Shown here: piece after piece, positions 50,229-60,449 of the stretch | Numbering within the stretch: position 1 is the stretch's first letter | Layout: every line of letters begins with the position of its first letter | Source: a virus | Taxonomy: Duplodnaviria > Heunggongvirae > Uroviricota > Caudoviricetes | Strand: one strand, 5' to 3' | Length of the DNA: 64,000 nucleotides | Virus record (IMG/VR): IMGVR_UViG_3300029522_000074 | Notes under the pieces: generated by a model | The model's input: the letters and a program-made list of their open reading frames with translations, nothing else | What the model was told of the DNA's origin: nothing | The model's database searches: none | Made by a program: the position numbers and the translations under genes

Positions 50229-53200
50229 CAATTAAAGACTGTTGGAGAGTCTGTTAGCGTTATATCAAAACTTGAAGAAGCTTTAAAAGAAATAGACAAT
50301 ATTGGTACTGTTGGTATGCCTAGAATGGCACAGGTAAACAGATTGTTAAAAGAAACTTTTGCTGACTGTTCCATTGAAGCTGCAAAAATGGCGATTTCGC
50401 AAAGTGCATTAAATAAAGAGCAAATAGAATTGATTTTATCCTCAAAAGGTCTTACAGGTAATATTCTTGAAACCACTACGGCTGAACTTGCCAATGCAAC
50501 TGCTACTAATGCCGTAGCTGTTGCCGAAGGTACTGCTACTACTGCTACTGTTGGATTTGGTACGGCTATTAAAGGATTGGGAGCATCGTTAAAATCACTC
50601 GTTGCCGCTCATCCTGTATTACTTGCTATAACGGCTGCTATAGGTGCAATTTATGCTACCGTAAAAATCGTTGACGCTTGTACGACAAGTTTTGATGAAT
50701 TAAAAGATAAAATATCCAACTTAAAACAAGATGTTTCTGATTCTGAATCAACTTTAAAAGATTATAAAACTCAGCTTGATGAGATAAATCAGAAAATAAC
50801 CGAAATTAATAATCAAGATTCTTTAAGTTTTACAGACGAACAAGAATTAGAAAATCTCAAAAATCAGAAAACCGAGCTGGAAAATATGTATAATATTGAA
50901 AAAGCTCGTCATGATTTAAAACAAAAAGAATTAGAAGATACTGCTAATAAATATTTTGATAAGAAAATAACACCTTCCTTGTCTAAAGAATATAAGGATT
51001 ATTCGGTTGTAGACGAAGATGGATTTGAAAAAAAACTTACAAAACTTGATATAATGAATTTAGCCAAAGAAAGAATGCTTTTAAATCAATCTAGGTTAGA
51101 TACATTAAATGAAGAATATAATGATAAATCAAACCCTTCCAATAAAGAAACTAAAGAGTATGAGAAAAAGAAGGCACAACTTGAAAAAACTCGTGATGAT
51201 GCAAAGACAATTGCGTTAGACATTCAAGAGGAAGCAAAAGATCAAGTTGAAGGCTTAGATTCAACTTCTGATACCTACAAAAAAGTTACAGAAGCTTCGC
51301 AGGAATTATCTGATGCGTTGGCAAGACTGAATAATGACTGGGATAGTCTATCTGATAAAGGTAAACAAGAAAATTTATTTTCTAAGATATCAAAAGATAT
51401 TCAAAATAGTATATCTGATGGATTAGATGATGAATATAACAAAATATCCGATTGGGGACTTGACGAATATACAGATAAGATAAAAGATGGAAGTATTCAA
51501 TCCAAATTTGGCAATGTGGATATGGATAAACGTACTATTATTCATTGGTCTGATGAACTAAAGAAAACATATGCTGACGCATTAGCAAGTTGGGATTACG
51601 ATCCAGAAATAGGTTCTATTGATACAGTATTTGGCGGTTCAGAGCGTTTTGGAGAAGATTTAGATGGTAATGGTTGGGAAGTCGCCTTCACTCCTATTTT
51701 GCCAGATGGAACATTTTTATCTAAAGATACTGTTGAAGAATATATTAATTCTATCTTAACAGAAGCTTATGCTGATGATGGCAAAGTTACAGAAGATGAA
51801 TTGACTGCTATTGATGCTGAAGGTCGTCAGATTGGAGATACATTTGTACAAGGTATTTTCGCTGGTATTGATGATAGTCAAGACTATGACAATAATGGTA
51901 ACTGGGCAGAAGTTGTTGGTCGTCTTATGCATTTTTCTGGAAAAAATGGTGCTGTACAGATATTAAAGAATAATCAAAATTCTTCATCTGATAATATGAG
52001 TGCAATTAAAGATTATCTTTCAACCTTATCTGATGATGATTTAAACATTCTTGCTAATGTGACTTTTGATGAAGACACTACAGTCGAAAGTCTTAAAGAA
52101 GTTATTAAAGCCGCTCAAGAGGAAGCCAACAAAAGTTCAGTAGATTTATCTGTTAAAACATTTGATCCTACTTCTCTTCTTGAAGAATCAGATGATAAGA
52201 CTAAGACAGCAACATTAGCAGACCTTCAGTCAGAAGCAGATTTGCTATCTTCTATTCAGAAGGAAATGTCTGAAACAGGTCGTATCGGTGTTGATTCAAT
52301 GCAGAAAATTATCAAGCAGTATCCAGAAGCAAAAGACGCTTTAGGTCAGTATATGCTTGGTATTATTTCACAGGAAGAGTTGTTTGACCAGTTACAGGGT
52401 GTGTATGAGGATGATAAAAATGCTTATATTTATTCACTTGTTGAGAAGTCTAAGAATGATAGTACGTTCTATTCTAACCTTGTAAATACAAATAATGAGT
52501 TCTTTGCAGGCTTATCTGAAGCGTATAGTGAAGATTTCAGTAACTATAAAAATCTCGCACAAGCTAAACAGAAGATTGATGACCAACTTGTTAAATATCT
52601 TTCTGGTATGTGGGGTAAATTCTATCAGAAGACTATAGATACAGCAACAGGATTAATGTCTTTAAGTTCAAAAACTACTTCTATGGATGATGATATGGAT
52701 TTAGGCTTATATCTGTATCAGAATGGTGCAGATGAAGAGACAAATGCAATTGCTGAAATGCAGAAAATGGTTGATGATTACAATGCTTTACAGAATATAT
52801 CATTTGAGTCTGCTTTTAATGGTATTGATTTATCATGGCAAGGTTTTTCAGGTGACGATTCATCATCTTCCAACAATTCATCCTCTTCACAAACAGAACA
52901 AGATGTGGACTGGATTGAACGCTTAATCAATAAGATTTCTACAGCATATTCACGTTTAAAGAATGTTGTATCAGATACAACAACTACATGGCTCAATCGT
53001 AATAACGCATTGTCAGATTCTATGAGCACACTTGCAGATGAGATAAATGCACAGTCAGATGCTTATGAGTATTACATGAATGCTTTTAATTCTTATGGTC
53101 TTGATGCCTATTATAAGAATCAGATTGCAGATGGTTCTATAAGCATAGATGTTATTTATGATGACGACTTAAAGGACGCTATATCTGATTGTCAGGATTT

Positions 53201-55328
53201 CTATGATAAAGCACAGGACGCTAAGACCGCCGTTCAGGAACTTAATATTGAGTTAAAAGGACTTGCTAAGAGTAGGTTCGATAATGTAGCTTCTGAATTT
53301 GAAGAAAAGATTAATAAGATTGTTGCCGTTAGAGATTTATACAGTAAAGAAGATGAACTTATGAACGAAAAGGGTTGGTTCTCTTCTACCCTACTCAATT
53401 CAGCAATGATTGACCAGGAAAATAAGAATCTTCAAAAACTCGAAGCCGAAAGGGATGCTTTAGTCAATGCATTAAATTCTGCTGTAAATTCTGGAAGCAT
53501 TATGCCTGAATCAGAGGATTGGTATTCTATGCAGTCAGCAATAGATGAAGTTTCTTCAAGTATTTTAGATGCTAAGAAGGCTTTGGTCGAGTATGATAAC
53601 ACCATTCGCCAGATTAATTGGGATGCTTTTGATAGAACTCGTGATGACGTTGAAAACCTTATTACTGAAACAGACTTCCTTACAGAATTACTTAAGGATG
53701 TCGGAATAACTGATGATAATGGTAATATGACCAAAGAAGGTCAGGCTGCTCAGGCATTACTTGCACAGAAATACCAATTATACCTTAATCAAGCAAAAGC
53801 TTATAAAGATGAAATTGCTAAAATTGATGCTGATTTAGCCAATAATCCTTATGACAAAGAGTTACTTGACAGAAAACAAGACCTTATTGATAAGGAACAA
53901 GAAGCTATTAAGTCTGCTATGAGCGAAAAAGATGCCATTAAGAATTTGACTAATGATGCTTATAATGATTTTATTGATAAGCTTGGAGATGCCATTGATA
54001 AATACAAAGAGCTTATGAGTACTATGAAGGACGCTTACGATTATGAGAAATCTATTCGTGAGAAAACGGAAGCTCTTAATGCTTTAGAGAAACAATACTC
54101 TGCTCATCAAGGCGATAATTCTGAGGAAGGTAAGAAGAATATTCAGCAGCTTAAAGACCAGATTAATTCTGCTAAAGATGATTTGAAAGATACTGAATAT
54201 GAAAAGCTTATTAGCGACACTGAGAAAATTTTAGATCAATTAAAAGATAATACACAAGAATGGCTCAATCAGCGTTTGGATCAATTGGATAATCTAATTC
54301 AGGATATTATTGACCAATCTAATGATAATGCTTCTGATATTGCAGAAACTATTACTTCTACTGCTGAAAATTATGGTTATAAACTAAGTGAATCAATGGC
54401 TTCTATATGGAGTACTAATACTGGTAATATAACTAAGGTTCTTGATAATTTCAGCACAAGTTTCATTGATAGCAATTCAAAGATTAAAGATGTTTGTGAT
54501 AATATCAATTCCGCTGTACAGGGATTACTTGCAAATAGTAATGCCGAGGCACAGAGAGTTGCCGATGAGATTGCAAGACAGCAGGCTGAACAGAATGCAA
54601 GTTCTGATGGCGGTTACTCAGGCGGTAATGATTATTCTGGTGATGATTGGAGTGGAAACTGGGATACTGGTTCAGATGATAATGATTCTTCTGGAAGTGA
54701 CGGTGTTGATTGGATATATAGTAAGGATTATTTCGATAAAAATAGTTTAAATATAGACACATCAATCGTAGATCGCCTTAAACTACACGATTATGATTCA
54801 TCATTCGCAGCTCGTAGTCAGTACTACGATCAAATGGGTGGTGAAGGACAGTATTACGCTACTTATGATCAGAACGTGTGGATGCTTGATTGGATGAAAA
54901 GTCATGGTTATCGTAAAGGAACTAAATCAGCAATAAGTGGACTTCATATTTATGATGAAGATGATCCAGGTTCAGAAGTACTTGTTACTAAGTATGGTGT
55001 GCTTCGTCAGTTTGATTCAGGTGATACAGTATTCAATAAAGACCAAGTTGAAAAACTTTGGAATCTTTCTAAAGGAATCACTACACCAAACATGTATATG
55101 GATAATCTTGGTGCTAAGTTACCTGATATCTCTAATATGTCTAACAACCTGTCTAATAAGGTTGATGTCCAATTTGGAGATGTAACTTTATCATTACCTA
55201 ATGTACGAAACTATGAAGACTTTATGAAAGAAGCCCAGAAAGATCCTAAGTTCGAAAAGATGATACAAAACATGACTCTTGGACAGACTCTAGGTAGGAA
55301 TTCATTAAACAAATTAACATTTAGATAA
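50229..55328 (+). CDS. Tail tape measure protein, exon 2
   Basis: Open frame from 50229 (QLKTVGESVS...) into ORF 50316..55328; coiled coil; no SD before ATG 50316. Confidence 0.85.
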   Translation, partial: QLKTVGESVSVISKLEEALKEIDNIGTVGMPRMAQVNRLLKETFADCSIEAAKMAISQSALNKEQIELILSSKGLTGNILETTTAELANATATNAVAVAEGTATTATVGFGTAIKGLGASLKSLVAAHPVLLAITAAIGAIYATVKIVDACTTSFDELKDKISNLKQDVSDSESTLKDYKTQLDEINQKITEINNQDSLSFTDEQELENLKNQKTELENMYNIEKARHDLKQKELEDTANKYFDKKITPSLSKEYKDYSVVDEDGFEKKLTKLDIMNLAKERMLLNQSRLDTLNEEYNDKSNPSNKETKEYEKKKAQLEKTRDDAKTIALDIQEEAKDQVEGLDSTSDTYKKVTEASQELSDALARLNNDWDSLSDKGKQENLFSKISKDIQNSISDGLDDEYNKISDWGLDEYTDKIKDGSIQSKFGNVDMDKRTIIHWSDELKKTYADALASWDYDPEIGSIDTVFGGSERFGEDLDGNGWEVAFTPILPDGTFLSKDTVEEYINSILTEAYADDGKVTEDELTAIDAEGRQIGDTFVQGIFAGIDDSQDYDNNGNWAEVVGRLMHFSGKNGAVQILKNNQNSSSDNMSAIKDYLSTLSDDDLNILANVTFDEDTTVESLKEVIKAAQEEANKSSVDLSVKTFDPTSLLEESDDKTKTATLADLQSEADLLSSIQKEMSETGRIGVDSMQKIIKQYPEAKDALGQYMLGIISQEELFDQLQGVYEDDKNAYIYSLVEKSKNDSTFYSNLVNTNNEFFAGLSEAYSEDFSNYKNLAQAKQKIDDQLVKYLSGMWGKFYQKTIDTATGLMSLSSKTTSMDDDMDLGLYLYQNGADEETNAIAEMQKMVDDYNALQNISFESAFNGIDLSWQGFSGDDSSSSNNSSSSQTEQDVDWIERLINKISTAYSRLKNVVSDTTTTWLNRNNALSDSMSTLADEINAQSDAYEYYMNAFNSYGLDAYYKNQIADGSISIDVIYDDDLKDAISDCQDFYDKAQDAKTAVQELNIELKGLAKSRFDNVASEFEEKINKIVAVRDLYSKEDELMNEKGWFSSTLLNSAMIDQENKNLQKLEAERDALVNALNSAVNSGSIMPESEDWYSMQSAIDEVSSSILDAKKALVEYDNTIRQINWDAFDRTRDDVENLITETDFLTELLKDVGITDDNGNMTKEGQAAQALLAQKYQLYLNQAKAYKDEIAKIDADLANNPYDKELLDRKQDLIDKEQEAIKSAMSEKDAIKNLTNDAYNDFIDKLGDAIDKYKELMSTMKDAYDYEKSIREKTEALNALEKQYSAHQGDNSEEGKKNIQQLKDQINSAKDDLKDTEYEKLISDTEKILDQLKDNTQEWLNQRLDQLDNLIQDIIDQSNDNASDIAETITSTAENYGYKLSESMASIWSTNTGNITKVLDNFSTSFIDSNSKIKDVCDNINSAVQGLLANSNAEAQRVADEIARQQAEQNASSDGGYSGGNDYSGDDWSGNWDTGSDDNDSSGSDGVDWIYSKDYFDKNSLNIDTSIVDRLKLHDYDSSFAARSQYYDQMGGEGQYYATYDQNVWMLDWMKSHGYRKGTKSAISGLHIYDEDDPGSEVLVTKYGVLRQFDSGDTVFNKDQVEKLWNLSKGITTPNMYMDNLGAKLPDISNMSNNLSNKVDVQFGDVTLSLPNVRNYEDFMKEAQKDPKFEKMIQNMTLGQTLGRNSLNKLTFR

Positions 55329-55396
55329 AATATCAACTAAGGCATACCGTAATTGGTGTGCCTTTTATTTAAATTATCTTATACGGAGAATCAATA

Positions 55397-55738
55397 ATGT
55401 CGAAAATAAAAAAAAATAAAGAAAGTAATGAATTGCAGTATTACAAAAGTCACTGCAATCTACTCGAAAAAGAAAACGCAGAACTAAAAGCTAAAATTGC
55501 CAATTATGAAATCACGGTTTCAATGAGTGGTAAAGGCGTTGATGAGAAGGTTAATGACCTCTCTCTGCTTATAAAAAAGGCACTTATATCGAAAAATATG
55601 TACGAAAAACTTTGTAATGAATATAAATCCAAGATTGCTGTTTTGGACGAAAAAATAGCCGAAATGGATTCAATTAAGGCAGGCTATATAAACAAATTGA
55701 ATAAATTTTTCAAAAGTTTATTCAGAATTTTCAAATAA
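55397..55738 (+). CDS. Coiled-coil hypothetical protein
   Basis: GGAG RBS. Confidence 0.6.
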   Translation: MSKIKKNKESNELQYYKSHCNLLEKENAELKAKIANYEITVSMSGKGVDEKVNDLSLLIKKALISKNMYEKLCNEYKSKIAVLDEKIAEMDSIKAGYINKLNKFFKSLFRIFK

Positions 55739-55744
55739 AAAAGG

Positions 55745-56551
55745 ATGGTGAAAGACATGTTTACTGATTTTCAATATGCAAACGAGTTGGCAAGTGATTA
55801 CGGATTAGTTGCGGTTAATTTCGACTCTTCCTCTGGCGGTGCTGAAACTGTCTCATCTGGTTCTAATCTGACATTCAATTCAATTAAATCGGTTGGGCAA
55901 GATATATCTGAATTATATGGAACATCATATGAAGAAGATTATTCTTTCACCATCCAGTTATGTAGATTAGATTATAACTGTGAACCTCTTCCAATAACAC
56001 CAGAAGAATACAGTGCAATCAACAGGTGGCTTAATAGAAAGAGATTTGAACAGTTCAAAATAAATAAAGAAGGCTATGAGAACATATCCTTTTATGGATC
56101 ATTTAATATCCAAGCAATTAAGATTAATGATGATATATATGGAATAGAATGCACGTTTACTTCCAATGCTGCTTATGCTTTTAATGATGGTAACGATTTA
56201 GTTTTCACAAATGTAAAGGAGTTCTGTGTACATGATGATTCAGATGAGATTGGAGAAACTTATCCTTACACGACAATAACTTGTAATGAAGCTGGTAATC
56301 TTACTATAACTAATTCAGCAGATAACGAATTATTTATTATTGAAAATTGTTCACAGGGAGAAAAAATCACTCTTGATAATAAGCATGGAATAATTACATC
56401 TGATAATCTTAATCACAAGATTGCCAATGATTTTAATTACAATTGGTTAAAAATTATAAACACATATAACAACAGAGATAATTACTACTCTTCTACACTT
56501 AATATAAATATAACTATGAATTATCAATCTGTTAGAAAGGTAGGAATTTAG
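55745..56551 (+). CDS. Distal tail protein (Dit-like)
   Basis: Position after TMP; INRWLN, CTFTSNAAYAF pattern. Confidence 0.65.
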   Translation: MVKDMFTDFQYANELASDYGLVAVNFDSSSGGAETVSSGSNLTFNSIKSVGQDISELYGTSYEEDYSFTIQLCRLDYNCEPLPITPEEYSAINRWLNRKRFEQFKINKEGYENISFYGSFNIQAIKINDDIYGIECTFTSNAAYAFNDGNDLVFTNVKEFCVHDDSDEIGETYPYTTITCNEAGNLTITNSADNELFIIENCSQGEKITLDNKHGIITSDNLNHKIANDFNYNWLKIINTYNNRDNYYSSTLNINITMNYQSVRKVGI

Positions 56552-59500
56552 TGCAGAAAATTAATGTAAAAAATTTACTTAGAATGCAGAAAACTGGTCA
56601 AGGCATAAGACCTTTACATATTATTCTAGGTAACAGAAATCTTGAAAAATTTGGCGAAATTATTAATATTCCTGCCGATTCTATAACATATCATCCACAA
56701 TTCAATGTAGTTGACGAATTATCATTTAATGTATATAAAGAAAAAAATGATAATGTTGAAAATCTGTGGGATAAAATCGTTGATTTTAAAACGATATACG
56801 TTAAAGAATATGATGAATGGTTCGAGATTACAGTTGGAACAGACGAATCAGAAAAAAATACAAAGAAACTTGTAACAGCTAAATCGTTGTGTGAAGCTGA
56901 ACTTGGGCAAGTAATTTTACACGACATTGAAATTAATACAGAGGATGATATTGCTCGTGAAGAATACACCGAGCCAACTATATTTTATAACCCTGATAAG
57001 AAAGATAGTTCTTTGCTGGATAGAATTTTTGAAAAAGCACCTGGTTATACAATTGCTCATGTCGATGAAACTCTCTTAAAAATTCAGCGTTCATTCAGCA
57101 TAGATGGTACAAGCATATATGACTTCTTAACAAGCACTCTTTCTCAGGAAATTGGATGTATATTCTTATTTGATTCAAATACAAGAAGTGTCTACGTATA
57201 CGATATGGAAACTTGTTGTTTGGATTGTGGATATAGAAGCGAAGATGTGTTTACAATTTGTCCTGAGTGTGAAGGAACAATTTTACATGAACCATATGGC
57301 AAAGATACATCAATCTTTGTAGATAAAAATAATCTTGGTTCTGAAATACAGCTAACATCGGAAACAGACAGTGTTAAAAACTGTTTTAGAGTTATTGGTG
57401 GAGATGATTTAATTAATGCAACATTGAAGAACATTAATCCTAACGGCAGTAATTATATATATTATTTCAATCAAGATACTTTGTCAGATATGCCAGACGA
57501 GCTACAATCTAAGATAAAATCATATGATGAACTTGTTGATGAATACACTAATAACAAATCTTTTTCCTTAGAAGCTTCTCTTGTAAATCAATATAACGAT
57601 ATTATTGAATATATCAAAAAATATTATCCCGAAACTATATATTCTTCTATTCAACAGCAGTATATAGGTTGGAGTAATATAACATCTGTGTATTATGATG
57701 TCATTGATTTATATTCTTATCTTAATAATTCTATGATGCCGACATGGAAGCAAGAGGATAAAACAGCGGCATCTCAATTAGCTTTGCTTACTCCATCTAA
57801 TTTGTCTCCTGTAGCGGTTACAGATGTAAGTAAGATATCTGTTTACACTGCTAACAATGCAGTTCTTGCGATGGCAAAAGCAATCATTGATACTTCCATT
57901 TATAAGATTGAAATTCTTGATGGTTCTACACTTAAATCTCAAACATGGACTGGTCGCTTCAAATTAACCAATTATTCTGACAGTAAAGACACGGCTGAAA
58001 TGAAAGATGTTATAAGTATTGAAATCAACGATGATTATATTGCTTACGTTAATCAGCAAGTAGATAAAGCGATGGGTAAGGTTAATGATCAAGGTCTTCA
58101 GGATATTTATAATACTAAAGATATTAACAAATTCAAGGAAGAAATTCACAAGTATTCTGCTCAAAGATTGACTTCTTACCAATCTGCTTATCAGTCAGCA
58201 ATTAATATTCTCACTGAACAAGGTGTCGCATCTAATTCTTCTGATCTACACGATTCTATTTATCTCCCATATTATGAACGTTTTATCGCATTAGAGACTG
58301 AATTATCTTATAGAAATTCCCAATTAGACACAATCACAGGACTTGAGAAATATATTGAGGATTTAATATCTAAGACTCATAATGAGCTTGATTTTGAATC
58401 GTATATAGGTGAAGAATATTGGAAATTGTTCACTTATTATAGGCGTGAAGATGATTATAGTAACGAGAATTATATATCTGATGGACTGACCAATACTGAA
58501 TTAATTGATAAAGCTAATGAATTATTGGTAGTTGCCAAGAAAGAATTAGTTAAATCTGGTGAGAAGCAATTCACTATCTCAGGTACATTGCAAAATCTCC
58601 TTCTATTAACTGACAAAGACGGAAACAGAATTTTCGAACCTATTCTTGATGATTTTACTTTGGGTAACTTTATCAGAACTAAGATTGATGGGAAAATTTA
58701 TGTAATGAGATTGGCAGATATTTCAATTTCCTATGGAGATTTAAGCAAATTATCTGTCACATTTTCGGATGCATATAGATATGGAAGTCCAGATGTTAAT
58801 ATAGTTAAAGACATTCTTACAAAATCACAATCTATGGTATCAAGCTACTCTTCTACTGTTAAGCAGGCAAGCCAAGGTGAGAAAGCCAATCTTACATTTG
58901 AAAGATTGCAAAAAGAAGGATTAGATTCTGCTCTCTATAGTGTTCACAACACTAATTCAACTGCAATATTTGATGAGCATGGTATTCTTATTAGAAGTTA
59001 TGACGATGTGATTGATGATTATAAAGATGAACAGGCACGAATTAATGCTAATGAATTTGTATATACGACAGATAGATGGAGAACTGCAATCACTGCATTG
59101 GGAAAGCAAAAATATACTCTTAATGGAGTTACACATGAAAAGTATGGTTTGAATACACAGTTTGTAATATCTGGTCTTATGGTTGCAGGTGATATATATT
59201 CGGCTAATTATTCTAATCTTAATAATGAATTAAAAGGAACACATATAAACCTTGAAACTGGTGGCTTCGAAATGGCTGACGGAAAGTTGATATATGATGC
59301 TAAAACTCAAAAATTAAGTTTAAAGAATGTAGAGTTATCAATTAACTTTAATAATGAAGAAAAAGATATTACAGATATTGTTGGAGATACCATTGTTTCT
59401 CAGACTATGCATTACTTAGTTTCAGACAAGTCTGAAGGAATTACTATAGAGTCTCAAGGATGGACAACAGATATCCAGTATGTGTCTAATGAGAAAAGAT

Positions 59501-60432
59501 ATCTTTGGATATATATAACTAATACCAAGTCAAATGGTGATACTGAAAATACGTCTCCTATAATTTATGGTGTATATGGCAAAGATGGAGAAAAAGGTGA
59601 ACAAGGTATTCAAGGGGATACTGGTTCGTCATATTTTACATGGATAATGTATGCCGATGATACTAACGGTACAAATATATCGGATACCCCACTTAGTTCA
59701 ACTCAATATATTGGTATAGCAACTAATAAAGAAAGCGAAAACAAGAGTAATAATCCTAAAGATTATACTTGGAGTAAATACATAGGAAATGATGGCGTGA
59801 GCGTAACAACTGTAGTTCCTATATATTTTTCGTCCAATTCAAAAGATACTGCACCTATTGCACCAATTAATGTTATTGAAAATAATGATACTGGATATGG
59901 ACATTGGACGTTGGCGACACCACTGTATAACGAATTATATCCTTATTATTATACATGTAACCAAATTTTATACTCTAACAATGTATATCAATGGACTGTT
60001 GTTGTTAGAGATGGTGCAATTGAGAATATTGCCAAAACTGCTTATGATGCAAAAAAAGATACTGAAACCATCTCGGTAAGCATCTCTCAGTTTGATAAAG
60101 ATATCAGTTCTTTGAACACTTTCAGAGAAAGCTCTGATGAAAAAATTAATGACTTATACGAAAAATATAATGATGAAATTGGTGTGATTAATCAGCACTT
60201 TGATTTTACTAAAGATGGTATTTTTATTAGTGCAACCGCTGACTCAGATGTTAAGTTGTGGCTGAGAAATAATCAAATTGTCTTTGTTGATAAATATAAT
60301 AATAAACTAGCTTATTTCACCGATCAAATGCTTAATGTCAATAAGGTTAATACGTCAGATTGGTCGCAAATTGGTAACTTTAAATGGATACCATCTGCAT
60401 CAGGTGGATTAAGATTAGTTAAGGTAAATTAA
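56551..60432 (+). CDS. Large tail-tip/host-specificity protein (Tal-like)
   Basis: 1293 aa after Dit; short collagen-like GKDGEKGEQGIQG, YTWSKY motif, C-terminal GNFKWIP..SGGL. Confidence 0.7.
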   Translation: MQKINVKNLLRMQKTGQGIRPLHIILGNRNLEKFGEIINIPADSITYHPQFNVVDELSFNVYKEKNDNVENLWDKIVDFKTIYVKEYDEWFEITVGTDESEKNTKKLVTAKSLCEAELGQVILHDIEINTEDDIAREEYTEPTIFYNPDKKDSSLLDRIFEKAPGYTIAHVDETLLKIQRSFSIDGTSIYDFLTSTLSQEIGCIFLFDSNTRSVYVYDMETCCLDCGYRSEDVFTICPECEGTILHEPYGKDTSIFVDKNNLGSEIQLTSETDSVKNCFRVIGGDDLINATLKNINPNGSNYIYYFNQDTLSDMPDELQSKIKSYDELVDEYTNNKSFSLEASLVNQYNDIIEYIKKYYPETIYSSIQQQYIGWSNITSVYYDVIDLYSYLNNSMMPTWKQEDKTAASQLALLTPSNLSPVAVTDVSKISVYTANNAVLAMAKAIIDTSIYKIEILDGSTLKSQTWTGRFKLTNYSDSKDTAEMKDVISIEINDDYIAYVNQQVDKAMGKVNDQGLQDIYNTKDINKFKEEIHKYSAQRLTSYQSAYQSAINILTEQGVASNSSDLHDSIYLPYYERFIALETELSYRNSQLDTITGLEKYIEDLISKTHNELDFESYIGEEYWKLFTYYRREDDYSNENYISDGLTNTELIDKANELLVVAKKELVKSGEKQFTISGTLQNLLLLTDKDGNRIFEPILDDFTLGNFIRTKIDGKIYVMRLADISISYGDLSKLSVTFSDAYRYGSPDVNIVKDILTKSQSMVSSYSSTVKQASQGEKANLTFERLQKEGLDSALYSVHNTNSTAIFDEHGILIRSYDDVIDDYKDEQARINANEFVYTTDRWRTAITALGKQKYTLNGVTHEKYGLNTQFVISGLMVAGDIYSANYSNLNNELKGTHINLETGGFEMADGKLIYDAKTQKLSLKNVELSINFNNEEKDITDIVGDTIVSQTMHYLVSDKSEGITIESQGWTTDIQYVSNEKRYLWIYITNTKSNGDTENTSPIIYGVYGKDGEKGEQGIQGDTGSSYFTWIMYADDTNGTNISDTPLSSTQYIGIATNKESENKSNNPKDYTWSKYIGNDGVSVTTVVPIYFSSNSKDTAPIAPINVIENNDTGYGHWTLATPLYNELYPYYYTCNQILYSNNVYQWTVVVRDGAIENIAKTAYDAKKDTETISVSISQFDKDISSLNTFRESSDEKINDLYEKYNDEIGVINQHFDFTKDGIFISATADSDVKLWLRNNQIVFVDKYNNKLAYFTDQMLNVNKVNTSDWSQIGNFKWIPSASGGLRLVKVN

Positions 60433-60449
60433 TATGAAAGGAGTAATAA

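Noticed and set aside
41508..55328. Two independent TMP genes, or a TMP pseudogene broken by insertion
   Set aside because: The exact U.G and omega-G junctions, 21-bp P10, in-frame fusion and lack of an SD for the second ORF favour splicing; not excluded without RNA data
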